From Octopus sinensis (taxonomy: Eukaryota): DNA of 64,000 bases. Where the stretch lies: positions 45,508,001 through 45,572,000 of the forward strand of contig NC_043004.1 of assembly GCF_006345805.1 (NCBI RefSeq), given 5' to 3'. Shown here piece after piece: positions 1 to 11,897 of the stretch; position 1 is the stretch's first letter; each line of letters starts with the position of its first letter. Position numbers and translations under genes: made by a program. Under the pieces are notes generated by a model. That model worked only from the letters and a program-made list of their open reading frames with translations. It ran no database searches and was not told the origin of the DNA.

Positions 1-166
1 CATAAGTACACTATACTTTAAATAAATTTAGTGATGTTCATGGCCAGAACACTGTTGGTTGTAGGTTTGCTTCATTAAGTTAGACACGGGGTAAAACAAT
101 AGCATTTACTTGTATTTACTTACTCAATGAACCAAGTAGAATAACTTTGATTAATCAAGACTGTAT

Positions 167-400
167 GTGTTTCTTTATTACCGACAAGGGGCTAAACATA
201 GAGGGGACAAACAAGGACAGACAAACGGATTAAGACGATTACATCGACCCCAGTACTTAACTGGTACTTAATTTATCGACGCCGAAAGGATGAAAGGCAA
301 AGTCGACCTCGGTGGAATCTGAACTCAGAACGTAACGGCAGATGAAATACCACTTAGCATTTAGCCCAGCGTGCTAACGGTTCTGCCAGCTCGCCGCCTT
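167..400 (-). mobile_element. tRNA-derived SINE, family S1 (~230 bp, tail type B)
   Basis: Head with A-box-like TGGCAGAA and B-box-like GAGTTCAGATTCC, body GCCTTTCATCCTTTCGG..GTCGATAAA, tail TGTCCTTGTTTGTCCCCTCTATGTTTAGCCCC..AATAAAGAAA; 16-bp TSD TTAATCAAGACTGTAT at 151-166 and 401-416. Confidence 0.9.
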
Positions 401-834
401 TTAATCAAGACTGTATAATTGCATAGAGGAAAGATAACATTGTAGAGTAACGTTAATCCAAAGACAAGGGTAACAAGAATTCCCAAAGAAAGAAAAATGT
501 ATATTAATTGGTTGTATACTGTCAATCTAACAAGAACGTGACAGTAGGGGGGTACACTACCGTTGTATAGCCCTAGGAGGCATCGAACGCCTCCTGACAG
601 CTTCGACACATTTTTTTTTCCTGTGTCCTTATATACATATACGAAGGATAGACAAACACCCCCAACCGCCGGAACTGCATCTAGGGACACCGTGTTTCAG
701 GATCATTGTCCTTCATCGGCCTAACGTACTGGAACTTGTATGAATTAGAACTAGAAATATGTAGTGTTTAGGAGCACGAGGATGACCGACTTTTCACAAA
801 CCAGTGTTTTCCATGTTTGTTTACATAGCTCTTT

Positions 835-1015
835 AGCATTTAAACTAGTCATATCTAGCTCAAATATTCTTCTTGTCTTATATTCAAAGCGACCGGATCC
901 GGCCTTTCACACCTACCTTACAATGTCATTCTAAAAACATATCATCAAAATCTCAAAGCTATGAGGTAATGCATAATTAATTCAAGATAATGTGCTTAAA
1001 TAAGCATTACATTTA
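835..1015 (+). mobile_element. Degenerate non-autonomous DNA element (piggyBac-type MITE fragment)
   Basis: CTTTAGCATTTAAAC start resembles a CCCTTTAGCA terminus; a matching right end GAATGCTATAGGGGTTAA lies at ~1737-1755; weak. Confidence 0.35.
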
Positions 1016-1435
1016 TACGAAGAACATTGGTGTTTGTTGCGATTTCTGATAAGCAAAAATTTTATTTTCGTCCGCAAAAGCAAATGTTGTTACTACGAAC
1101 GACAAAACTTCGAAAGAGTTTTGAATGTTATTGTTCATGGTGTAGTCGTAGCAGCAGATAAAGTGTGGTTAGTTTCTTACGGTACCACTGACTTCAAATG
1201 GCATTCATTCTCCGACTGTTCATTGCCTTTGTGTTGTCAGCTGCTGTTTGCCATCTCCTACAGTGTCCGCCAATACTCTCTGCTGCATTCCAACGCTCTC
1301 TGTCAAGCCGTCACGGTGTGTCGATTTATACTGATTGATAGACTCAGTAAGAAGCGCGCCAAAAGATGAAATCGCTACTGGAGCCTATTTCACGCGAAGG
1401 CCTGATTGGTCAGAGTTTGTTTATACGTGGGTAAT

Positions 1436-1667
1436 GGGGGCGAGCTGGCAGAAACGATAGCACGCCGGGCGAAATGCGTAGCCGTATTTCGTCTGCCGTG
1501 ATGTTCTGGGTTCAAATTCCGCCGAGGTCAACTTTGCCTTTCATCCTTTCAGGGTCGATTAAATAAGTACCAGTTACGCACTGAGGGTCGATGTAATCGA
1601 CTTAATCCATTTGTCTGTCCTTGTTTGTCCCCTCTGTGTTTAGCCCCTTGTTGGTAGTAAAGAAATA
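1436..1667 (+). mobile_element. SINE S1, tail B
   Basis: Full match to the other S1 copies from GGCGAGCTGGCAG to GTAGTAAAGAAATA. Confidence 0.9.
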
Positions 1668-2114
1668 AATATTCTAGCTAATCGCGACATCGAGTAATTG
1701 CTGAATACTCCCATTAGACATTTGACATAGGAATCTGAATGCTATAGGGGTTAAAGATCACGAGCAGCCATACATTTTGATACCGAGGATGATGTTCCTG
1801 ATGAACGCGCTATCGACTGAACTTAAAGACAAGCAGCATTAACTGTGCAGTAGCATCAAGGTAGCTGTCTTCTTCTAAGACTTGGTACACTAGAAAAATT
1901 ACACGAAATCACATCATAGACACACACACATACCAACATCAGTGGGGGTGTAATAGATTGCCAAAGGTTTGTATCTGACGTATATATTTCTCACTATAGC
2001 ACTCTAAATAACATAATATAATGTTTAGTGTTACGACATTTTGTCGACATGAAAAATGTAAGAAAACGGAATTTAAACCTCTGAAAAATAAAATTCACAT
2101 ATCACATTTTATGC

Positions 2115-2164
<50 letters not shown>

Positions 2165-2438
2165 TTCTTTTCTATTTTTCTTTTAACTTATATGACATTT
2201 CTAAGTAACTTTTACGACATTTTTATATAAGTAACTTTTATGTGCGTGTGTGTGTGTGCTTGTGTGTGTTTTGTCTTCGCCAGTTGTAACACACGAAAAG
2301 ACTTTTAGTAACGGAACGAAAATATTAAGCACACAAATAATAACTGTATTTAAATCCAAAGATATCTCTTGATAATGGTAGTGTATTTGATTATGGTAAA
2401 TTATGTTGCTATTCTTATTATTATTATTAGCAAGTAGT

Positions 2439-2470
<32 letters not shown>

Positions 2471-2522
2471 TAGTAGTAGTAACGGCAGCAGCAGGAGTAA
2501 CAGCAGTAGAATTGATGACATG

Positions 2523-2877
2523 ACGGAAGTGCTACCTCCCACTGAATTTAGGAAACGATGGATAGCTGTGGGAAAATATGGTTAGTATGAATGGCCCTAC
2601 TCTAAGCATATACCTGTAGATTGGAGATCAGTTTGCAAAGGGCTCGTACCTTTGATGGTCAGGGTAGTGGTGGAGTGGATATGCAGGGTTTCTAGATTGG
2701 CCCTAGTTGGAGTTTCTCCTATACCAGGAGGACTGAATCATTCATGTTATCACATACTTTATATACTTATCTCACTTCACCGTCTTTTCTGTTTCCTTCA
2801 CCTAAGATCCCACACAAACTGTTGACTGTCAATGTGATGTCTCCCTCATCAATGACCTTGTGGCTGATAAAAGAAAT
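2523..2877 (+). mobile_element. L1/Tx1-like LINE 3' remnant (ORF2 C-terminus plus 3' UTR)
   Basis: TEVLPPTEFRKRWIAVGKYG aligns with the peptides at 11175 and 52180; ends CCTTGTGGCTGATAAAAGAAAT before an (ATT)n tract. Confidence 0.55.
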
Positions 2878-2904
2878 AATGATTATTATTATTATGATTA
2901 TTGA

Positions 2905-3120
2905 GGCGACGCACTGGCAGAATCGTTAGCACACCGGGTAAAATGCTTAGCGGATTTTCATCTGTATTCACGTTCTGAGTTCAAATTCTGCCGAGGTCAA
3001 TTTTTACCTTTCATCCTTTCGGGGTCGATAAAATAAGCACCAGGTAAACACCGGAGTCGATGTAATCGACTTACCCTCTCCCTCACAATTGTTGGCCTTG
3101 TGCCAAAATTTGAAATCATT
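2905..3120 (+). mobile_element. SINE S1, tail type A
   Basis: Same head and body as S1 but ends CCCTCTCCC..GGCCTTGTGCCAAAATTTGAAATCATT. Confidence 0.85.
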
Positions 3121-3220
3121 ATTACTATAAATACACCTTGCTGCCGTCATGGTCTTGCAGAGAACCCCCCACCAAATAAAATAAAGGTGTAGAATGCAAT
3201 TTTCATATAGATTAGAGACG

Positions 3221-3253
<33 letters not shown>

Positions 3254-3260
3254 CCTACTC

Positions 3261-3319
<59 letters not shown>

Positions 3320-3354
3320 ATATATATATATATTATATATATATATATATATAC

Positions 3355-3412
<58 letters not shown>

Positions 3413-3413
<1 letters not shown>

Positions 3414-5260
3414 TATATAAAAGGGCTTAGTAAAATAAATTACTTTGCCGCATACTGAACTCATTAGAAATAGCAGCTAAAAAACTTTTTTAAGGCTATT
3501 TCTAATACTTAAGAAAATCTCTCTCATATATAGTGTTTGCTTAATTCAACTCACAAAAGTTGGGGGTAAGGACATCGAAAAATCAAATGCTAAGGTTATT
3601 CGAGAACGTACGTTTCAAGATTAGTCAAAACAACATTTCTATCATCGGCTCAGAATTCCTTGGTTTGGATTTGGAAACACTGAAAATAAGAACATACCCT
3701 TTCGAAGATCTGCTCCCAACTAACAGTGCCAACAAATTCAAAATAAGCAAGCGAAGAATCTCTGTTCTCCCCTTTCCACCAGCGTGGTTAAAATCATCAA
3801 ACACTATGCTTATTTCGGTAAAATCCGAAGCATTAATCAGAGGGAGATTAATTATAATTTCAACAATTGAGGGCAAAATTAATTAATTATTAATCAATTT
3901 CACCAAGTTTTCAGTATGCAAAGGGACCATTCAAGGCGAATTCAAATTATTACATTATATAAAAGGGCTTAGTAAAATAAATTACTTTGCCGCATACTGA
4001 ACTCATTAGAAATAGCAGCTAAAAAACTTTTTTAAGGCTATTTCTAATACTAAAGAAAATCTCTCTCATATATAGTGTTTGCTTATTCAACTCACAAAAG
4101 TTTGGGGGTAAGGACATCGAAAAATCAAATGCTAAGTTATTCGAGAACGTACGTTTCAGATTAGTCAAAACAACATTTCTATCATCGGCTCAGAAATTCC
4201 TTGGTTTGGATTTGGAAACACTGAAAATAAGAACATACCCTTTCGAAGATCTGCTCCCAACTAACAGTGCCAACAAATTCAAAATAAGCAAGCGAAGAAT
4301 CTCTGTTCTCCCCTTTCCACCAGCGTGGGTTAAAATCATCAAACACTATGCTTATTTCGGTAAAATCCGAAGCATTAATCAGAGGGAGATTAATTATAAT
4401 TTCAACAATTGAGGGCAAAATTAATTAATTATTAATCAATTTCACCAAGTGTTCAGTATGCAAAGGGACCATTCAAGGCGAATTCAAATTATTACATTAT
4501 ATAAAAGGGCTTAGTAAAATAAATTACTTTGCCGCATACTGAACTCATTAGAAATAGCAGCTAAAAAACTTTTTTAAGGCTATTTCTAATACTTAAAGAA
4601 AATCTCTCTCATATATAGTGTTTGCTTAATTCAACTCACAAAAGTTTGGGGGTAAGGACATCGAAAAATCAAATTGATTAATAATTAATTAATTTTGCCC
4701 TCAATTGTTGAAATTATAATTAATCTCCCTCTGATTAATGCTTCGGATTTTACCGAAATAAGCATAGTGTTTGATGATTTTAACCCACGCTGGTGGAAAG
4801 GGGAGAACAGAGATTCTTCGCTTGCTTATTTTGAATTTGTTGGCACTGTTAGTTGGGAGCAGATCTTCGAAAGGGTATGTTCTTATTTTCAGTGTTTCCA
4901 AATCCAAACCAAGGAATTTCTGAGCCGATGATAGAAATGTTGTTTTGACTAATCTTGAAACGTACGTTCTCGAATAACCTTAGCATTTGATTTTTCGATG
5001 TCCTTACCCCCAAACTTTTGTGAGTTGAATTAAGCAAACACTATATATGAGAGAGATTTTCTTTAAGTATTAGAAATAGCCTTAAAAAAGTTTTTTAGCT
5101 GCTATTTCTAATGAGTTCAGTATGCGGCAAAGTAATTTATTTTACTAAGCCCTTTTATATAATGTAATAATTTGAATTCGCCTTGAATGGTCCCTTTGCA
5201 TACTGAACACTTGGTGAAATTGATTAATAATTAATTAATTTTGCCCTCAATTGTTGAAAT
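3413..5260. repeat. 542-bp tandem repeat (2.3 direct copies) followed by 1.1 inverted copies
   Basis: TTATATAAAAGGGCTTAG recurs at 3413, 3955 and 4497; orientation flips at 4671-4674 (AAAT microhomology); (TA)n tracts on both sides. Confidence 0.95.
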
Positions 5261-5280
5261 GTATATATATATATATATGT

Positions 5281-5378
<98 letters not shown>

Positions 5379-5589
5379 ATGTTTCATATATGTGTGTGTG
5401 TATGTATGTTCTCACCTGCGTATCTCAGTTTATATTTGTTATTGCCTAATATTTGTGGTTTTGTACCAGAGTTAGAAATCATTATCCTTGTTCTTATTTT
5501 TTCGTTGCTGATAGTATTTTTCTTCAAAGATTACTGTTTATTACTTTCACACACACACATACATACATACACATAAGCATAAATCATAA

Positions 5590-5620
<31 letters not shown>

Positions 5621-6351
5621 TAATAAATGAAATAAAACATATGCATATATATAAACATATATGTACGTACATATATATATACATATATATATATATAGGC
5701 GTGTGTGTATGAGTTTATGTGTATAAGACATATATGTTTATATATTATAACAAACGAGTATCCTTGAAGTAAATACTAACAACAGCCACGGTAATAATAG
5801 TAACGATTCCTAACACTGTTTGAAAACCATAAATAAGAAACACAACAACAGCAGCAACAACAACAGGAGTGAGAATCACAATTTAGGAACATTAATCCCG
5901 AAACATCAACCAAAAAATATATATATATATTAATCCACTTCCTCCCTCAAAACATGAAAACACACGCACTCATACACACACTCACGCATGCACATATAGA
6001 CTCACTCACACGCAGAATGTAAGGGGGAAAAAAAACCCTAAAAGAATTATTGTTTAAAATATAGATAAGAAACTCTCTTCTCTTGAATTCTTCTGCTGCT
6101 CACAAACTAATTCTTATTCGCTAGAGAAATTGGTAAAATTCGGAGACAGCAATTTTTCATTTTCCTAGAAACAGCACGTTTGTGTGTATGTGGTTTATGT
6201 AATTGGGGAAGCCAAAGGAGTGTTTGTAGATGCATTGGAATACGATTGGCTGTGATGGTGGAGGACGTGGCAGGGAATTGATTTAGCGTTAGCAGCGAGT
6301 GAAACAAATAAGAGCAGAAGTGATAAAAACTTAACAGATTTTGTTTTCCAA

Positions 6352-6386
<35 letters not shown>

Positions 6387-6757
6387 TGATGATGAAAAAG
6401 AATGAAAAAGAAACGTATTTTTCCTTACAGCTTTACAAGAGGAATTGCTCAGAGGCATACGTATGTTAGTTTGTGCATGTGTTTGTTTTGATTTATTCTT
6501 GCAGCTCTTACTTTTATCCAATGTATGACTCTTGTTGTCGGTGGCGACGACGTCGATGATAATGAAAGTTGGTGATGATGATGATGATGAGGAGGAGGAG
6601 GAGGAGGAAGTGGATGATAATGATTTATTTTACTTTCTTAATCTACAATTCAGAAAGATTGTGCAAGGTTAAATATATCACGTTGCATTTTCAAGACCCT
6701 GTAGGGCAAATGTTGTGGTGTTGTGAACCCTATGCTGTATGTTCCTTTTAGCTCGAA

Positions 6758-6802
<45 letters not shown>

Positions 6803-6803
6803 G

Positions 6804-6903
6804 AAGGCAACGAGCTGGCAGTATCGTTAGCACACTAGACGAAATGCTTAGTGATGTTTCACCGTCGCTACGTTCTGAGTTCAAATTCCACCTAGGTCGA
6901 CTT
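6804..6903 (+). mobile_element. SINE S1 5' fragment
   Basis: tRNA-like head through GGTCGACTT only. Confidence 0.75.
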
Positions 6904-6959
6904 GCAGAATGTAATTTTCATATAGATTAGAGACTATATATATATATATATAATATATA

Positions 6960-7001
<42 letters not shown>

Positions 7002-7175
7002 CATACAAAATTTAAAGGACCGACCACTAAAAGTGGACAGTCAATATGCTAGATATAGATGTCAAAAATGCTATTTTCCACGAAGAATGTGTTCTCAAGA
7101 AAAAACTCAGCATAAAACCAAAGTGTAAAAAAATAAGCAAGACAAATGAAAATATACGAAATAAGAAACGATTAC

Positions 7176-7255
7176 CTATGTACCGATCAGTTTCACTTGT
7201 TAATAATTCACGTATATTCACGTATACGTGAATATCTGCAAGATCATCAGCATAG
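7176..7255 (-). ncRNA. Type I hammerhead ribozyme-like motif
   Basis: Minus strand: CTATG-CTGATGA-T-CTTG-(loop)-CAAG-T-GAAA-CT-GATC-GG-TA-CATAG. Stem I 5 bp, stem II 4 bp plus U.U at 10.1/11.1, short stem III with palindromic loop, GUA cleavage triplet. Confidence 0.7.
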
Positions 7256-7868
7256 TCTGTCGTTTACAAACATAGTTTCCAGAACTAGATACCTAATGCT
7301 TGACCGGAGTCCCGCATGCATAGAGTTCAACAAATTGTATTTATGTGTATCTTTCAAATGCCTTCACTTTCTACCTTCAAATGCCTTCAATTTCTACCCT
7401 TACTCAATTATATATATATATATATACACACATATATACAGTACTTATTCAGAGACCTTTTGGGTCGGAATGGGCTACTCGACCTGGGTGTCACCTACAA
7501 GATCATGCGCTGTTTACCTTGATATGAGATCACCATGTTGCACACATATGGTTGTGACGCGTGTGCCTGGTGTACCCTTATTAGATAGGTGTATTAGGTT
7601 TCATATATTTGTACCCCAGCGTCATTTTGATTGCATGCCCTGCTCTCTCAGTCAGTTAATGAATAATAATAACAATAATAATAATAAGTATAAATGATGG
7701 GCTCCAGCAAATATTCTGCTCAATACCACAGATTTGCTTGTCAGTTGTTTGAGCTTAACCAGTTAAGTATGTCTCCTAGTGATGAAAACTCTCAGCTTAT
7801 TTTTCTGGGTATGATAGAAAGTGTCAGCTGTCCACAGCCAGCAGACTATGGTGACACTTATTTACTAG

Positions 7869-8290
7869 TTATGCTTCAAGAATCTTGCAAAGAATTCTTG
7901 CAGTTCCAAGCAATGCTGATTTTTGTAGGTGTTTGTACCAACCTTTTTGAGCCATGTTGCTAGTTGAGTGCTGGTACTTCAAAGTGCGCCAGTTACTGTT
8001 GGTATCACGTCGGCTCTCCTCATTGAGCACAACTTTCGTATTTCCCACTTCAAATTGTCGTAGTTGTTCTGTTTTTTTCGTTCTCTTTGATGCTGTTGTC
8101 ACCGGGACGTGCTATGCCGATTAAAATGCATGTTCTTTCTTTCTTATTCACCACATCAAAGTCTGGTTTCCGATGTCTGGTCAGGTGATCACACTGGATT
8201 ATTGCATCCCACAGGATTTTGAAAACTTCTTTCTCGGTGACTCCTGGGGTTTGCTTTTTGTAGGCCGTGACTTCCACAGAGCTCCCAATG
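7869..8290 (-). mobile_element. RLE-type (NeSL/R4-like) non-LTR retrotransposon C-terminal remnant
   Basis: KILWDAIIQCDHLTRHRKPDFDVVNKKERTCILIGIARPGD (PD-(D/E)xK endonuclease-like region) and, after a frameshift, the terminal HLQKSALLGTARILCKIL motif. Confidence 0.8.
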
Positions 8291-8435
8291 GATAATACAT
8301 CCTTACATAAAATCAGTACCAGTGAAACACTGGGGTAGACGTAATTGACTAGTCCCCTCCCCGAAAATTTCAGGCCTTGTGCCTTAGTAGAAAGGATTAT
8401 CATTATCATTATTAATATTATTATTATTAATTGCG

Positions 8436-8995
8436 CACCGGACGAAATGCTTAGCGGTATTTCGTCTGCCGCTACGTTCTGAGTTCAAATTCCGCCGAGG
8501 TCGACTTTGCTTATCATTCTTTCGGGGTCGATTAAATAAGTACCAGTTATGCACTAGAGTCGATATAATCGACTTAATCCGTTTGTCTGCCCTTGTTTGT
8601 CTTCTCTGTGTTTAGCCCCTTGTAGGTAGTAAAGAAATAGGTATTTTGCCCGACGCTACGTTCTGAGTTCAAATTGTGCCGGGGTCGACTTTGCCTTTCA
8701 TCCTCTCGAGGGTCGATTAAATAAGTACCAGTTATGCACTGGAGTCGATATAATCGACTTAATCCGTTTGTCTGTCCTAGTTTGTCCTCTCTGTGTTTAG
8801 CCCCTTGAGGGTAGTAAAGAAATAGGTATTTCGCCCGACGCTACGTTCTGAGTTCAAATTCTGCCGAAGTCGACTTTGCCTTTCATCCTCTCGGGGTCGA
8901 TAAAGTAAGTACCAGTTGGACACTGGGGTCGATGTAATCGATTCATTCCCTCCCCCGAAATTGCTGCCCTGTGACAAAATTTGAAACCATCATTA
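8436..8995 (+). mobile_element. SINE S1 trimer (tail B, tail B, tail A)
   Basis: Three bodies joined at AAAGAAATAG|GTATTT (8640, 8825); last unit carries tail A. Confidence 0.9.
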
Positions 8996-9299
8996 TTAAT
9001 AGTATTAGCAGTGGTAGTCGTTGACAAAATAGTATAACAAGTAACTAGTCAACAAGCCACCTACTCTTATGGCGATATTTGTTTTGTTTTGCCAGCATGA
9101 AAAAAATTTTTTGCAAATTACTAGTACGACTACGATGTACAGTTTCGATTATTTATGGTTTCGGTTAAGAACTGCCAACACTAATTACTTTTAATATTAG
9201 ATCGATGACTTATGTTTGTTTTATTTACAATAATTTACATTAATTGTTATCACATCGAACACTGCTGATAGACAACCCGCCGTTTTCTTTTGGCTGAGA

Positions 9300-9760
9300 A
9301 AGGCAGACAAAATATTCCTTTGTCTGGTCGCTGTAGCAAAAGTGGTTATGTGGTAGACGAAGTTAAAAGAAATGAAAATTGATGTATTCCTCTTCGGTCA
9401 AGTCCTCATCAACTATTTTCAGTTTCACTTGGAACGGAATGTGGGAGTAGGGTCAGTGTCGCCTTAACGCATAGGCACACGGGGCAGTTGTCCGGGGTCG
9501 AACAGGTTCAGGAACCAGGTTCTGGTCTATGTATACTGTGACTTACTGTCAATAAATAATGTAGGCCCCCCAGTGCACTGATTTTCCCAGTGGCTTAATA
9601 ATGCTGCTGAGACTGCCCTGGGTAGATTGAGCCTTGCGGTGCTCTCCACCCCATTTCACCCAGAAAATTGTTTGAACAGTGGAGGAGAGTGGCAAATTTT
9701 GGCATGTGTAAATAAGCCTACTCTGAGGTTTTATGCCTGTAGGTAGAACAAACGCTGAAT
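9300..9760 (+). mobile_element. L1/Tx1-like ORF2 C-terminal remnant interrupted by a small hAT-like MITE (~9454-9620)
   Basis: IFLCLVAVAKVVMW*TKLKEMKIDVFLFGQVLINYFQFHLERNVGV matches the 11175 copy; insert starts CAGTGTCGCCTTAA and ends GAGACTGCCCTG (imperfect TIRs). Confidence 0.55.
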
Positions 9761-9798
9761 GAGGGCGCCAAACTTCGTGATCAGAGTTATATAGGTTT

Positions 9799-10027
9799 TT
9801 TTATTGCCCACAAGGGGCTAAACACAGAGAGGACAAACAAGGACAGACAAACGGATTAAGTCGATTATATCGACCCCAGTGCGTAACTGGTACTTAAATT
9901 ATCGACCCCTAAAGGATGAAAGGCAAAGTCGACCTCGGCGGAATTTGAACTCAGAACGTAACGGCAGACGAAATACGGCTACGCATTTCGCCCGGCGTGC
10001 TAACGTTTCTGCCAGCTCGCCGCCTTC
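9799..10027 (-). mobile_element. SINE S1, tail B
   Basis: Full-length copy; ~14-bp TSD AGTTATATAGGTTT (9785-9798, 10030-10043). Confidence 0.9.
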
Positions 10028-11133
10028 AAAGTTATATAGGTTTCGTAATGTTGTTTTGCGAGTAACCCTTAGTAAGGTCTCCTGCAATTGAGGATTTTGT
10101 TTTAGTGGGTTTTTTTTTTGTTTTCTTTTCTGTTACTCCATTATCTTTCTAAATTCCACCTCCGTGTTTATCCTTTTTTTCTGGTACTTTCCTTGTGCTG
10201 CCTTGTTTTCATTGAGTTCTTGTGGCTCAGAAGAGATCAGTGTTAGTTATCGTCATCATCATGACTCGGAGCTTTTTGAGAAAGGCTATAAATTTTGGTG
10301 ATTGAGTTGTCAGTATGATTATTATTGTGTTGGACCCGTCTGCTTTGTTATAATGTCGACTAATGATGATAGAAATAAGGCGTTCTAAGATAAGTTGAGG
10401 GCAACAAATTCCGGAAGGGAGTTGGGAGGAAATGGTTGATTAAGTTGACATACTATATGACTCGCACTATTTTATCGGTCCCAGGTTACACTAATGTTTT
10501 CCAATACAACTGTGATTTGAACACGAAGAGTAATAAACTTAGTAGAGAGAACAAAAGCAACAACGATAATGATGATAGTAATAGTCTCACATTTGGGCCT
10601 AAGGCCAGCACTTTTAGTGAGGAAGGATTTAGCCAGTTACATCAATCTCAGTACTTCATTGGTACTTTAATTTGTCGCCCCCGAAAGTATGAAGGACAAA
10701 GTCGACTGTGACGGGATTTGAACCTAGACCATAAAGAGCCGGAATAATAATTGCAGTCGGCACAACATCCATACTGCTACGTAAGTGACGACAAGATAAT
10801 GAGAATGAGGCACATTATCGACCTGTGAAAAAATTGCAAGAATCTTAGGCACATAAGAGCTTTATACTAGTAATAATTATGGGTAGGAGTTTAGTTGATT
10901 AATTTGACCGCACTACTTGACTGGTACTTTATTTTACTGTTAATGTTTCTTCTTGCTCGCCGCCTTAATAATAATAATAATAATATAATAATTAAAGCAC
11001 GATGACCCGCTGTTTTGAGAAGGCGGGCTCAGGCGATTAAATGGTCCCCAGCAATTTACTGGTATTTTATTTTAATGACGCTGGATGGATGGGAAGGAAA
11101 GCATTTCTCTTATCATCATCATCATCATCATCA

Positions 11134-11174
<41 letters not shown>

Positions 11175-11682
11175 GGTGGCTGTGGTGAAAGAGTTTGTTT
11201 AGTGAACAAGGCTGAAAGGCATAAGGACAAATACATTCCTCTTTGGTAGAGCTGTCATTCACTTTTTCAAGTTTCACTTGAAAAGGAAATTGGGAGTGGA
11301 GAGAGAAGTGCTGTCCTTGAGTGAGTTTATTGAAAGGTAGGTGAAAGCTACGAAAATGGCAAGAGTGGATGGTACCTCTCTAAGTGTAGACCTGTGAGTC
11401 GTAAAGAAGGAATTGGAGAGGGTATTTGCTATTGGGGTTTCAGGGAAATCTCGAAGCGTGGGATTCCTCGATTATCCCTAGAGGCCTTCCTGTATCAAGA
11501 GGGTCACATATCATCCTCCCCGCCACTTTTTTAACGTTTGTATGCTATGCATATATCTTTTTCAATGTATACCGTGTATACTTTTTTTATCATTTCATCA
11601 TATGTAAACCCCCAACGCGTTACGCCTGTCTTTGCATTGTCCCCCTCATCCCCATCCTTCGCCCTTGTGGCAAATAAATGAA

Positions 11683-11684
<2 letters not shown>
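11175..11684 (+). mobile_element. L1/Tx1-like LINE 3' remnant
   Basis: VAVVKEFV**TRLKGIRTNTFLFGRAVIHFFKFHLKRKLGVEREVLSLSEFIER*VKATKMARVDGTSLSVDL*, then a 3' UTR ending GCCCTTGTGGCAAATAAATGAAAT(TAT)n. Clade assignment is from memory of Tx1-type ORF2 C-termini. Confidence 0.65.
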
Positions 11685-11717
<33 letters not shown>

Positions 11718-11735
11718 CATCATTATTATTATTCA

Positions 11736-11897
11736 AGGCGGCGAGCTGGCACAATCGTTAGCACGCCTGGCAAAATGCTTAACGGCATTTCGACCGTCTT
11801 TACGTTCCGAGTTCAAATTCTGCCGAGGTCGACTTTGCCTTTCATCCTCTCGGAGTCGTTAAATTAAGTAACAGGGGAACACTGGGGTCGATATAAT
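11736..11897 (+). mobile_element. SINE S1 fragment truncated at an insertion
   Basis: Head and body to GGGGTCGATATAAT, then a mariner-derived insert. Confidence 0.8.

Noticed and set aside
1436-1530. tRNA gene calls for SINE heads
   Set aside because: A/B-box-like motifs continue into SINE bodies; no complete cloverleaf is evident.
10200-10400. Possible PLE RT N-terminal fragment (ITKADG..) on the minus strand
   Set aside because: Only one short motif, reached through a frameshift; insufficient support.
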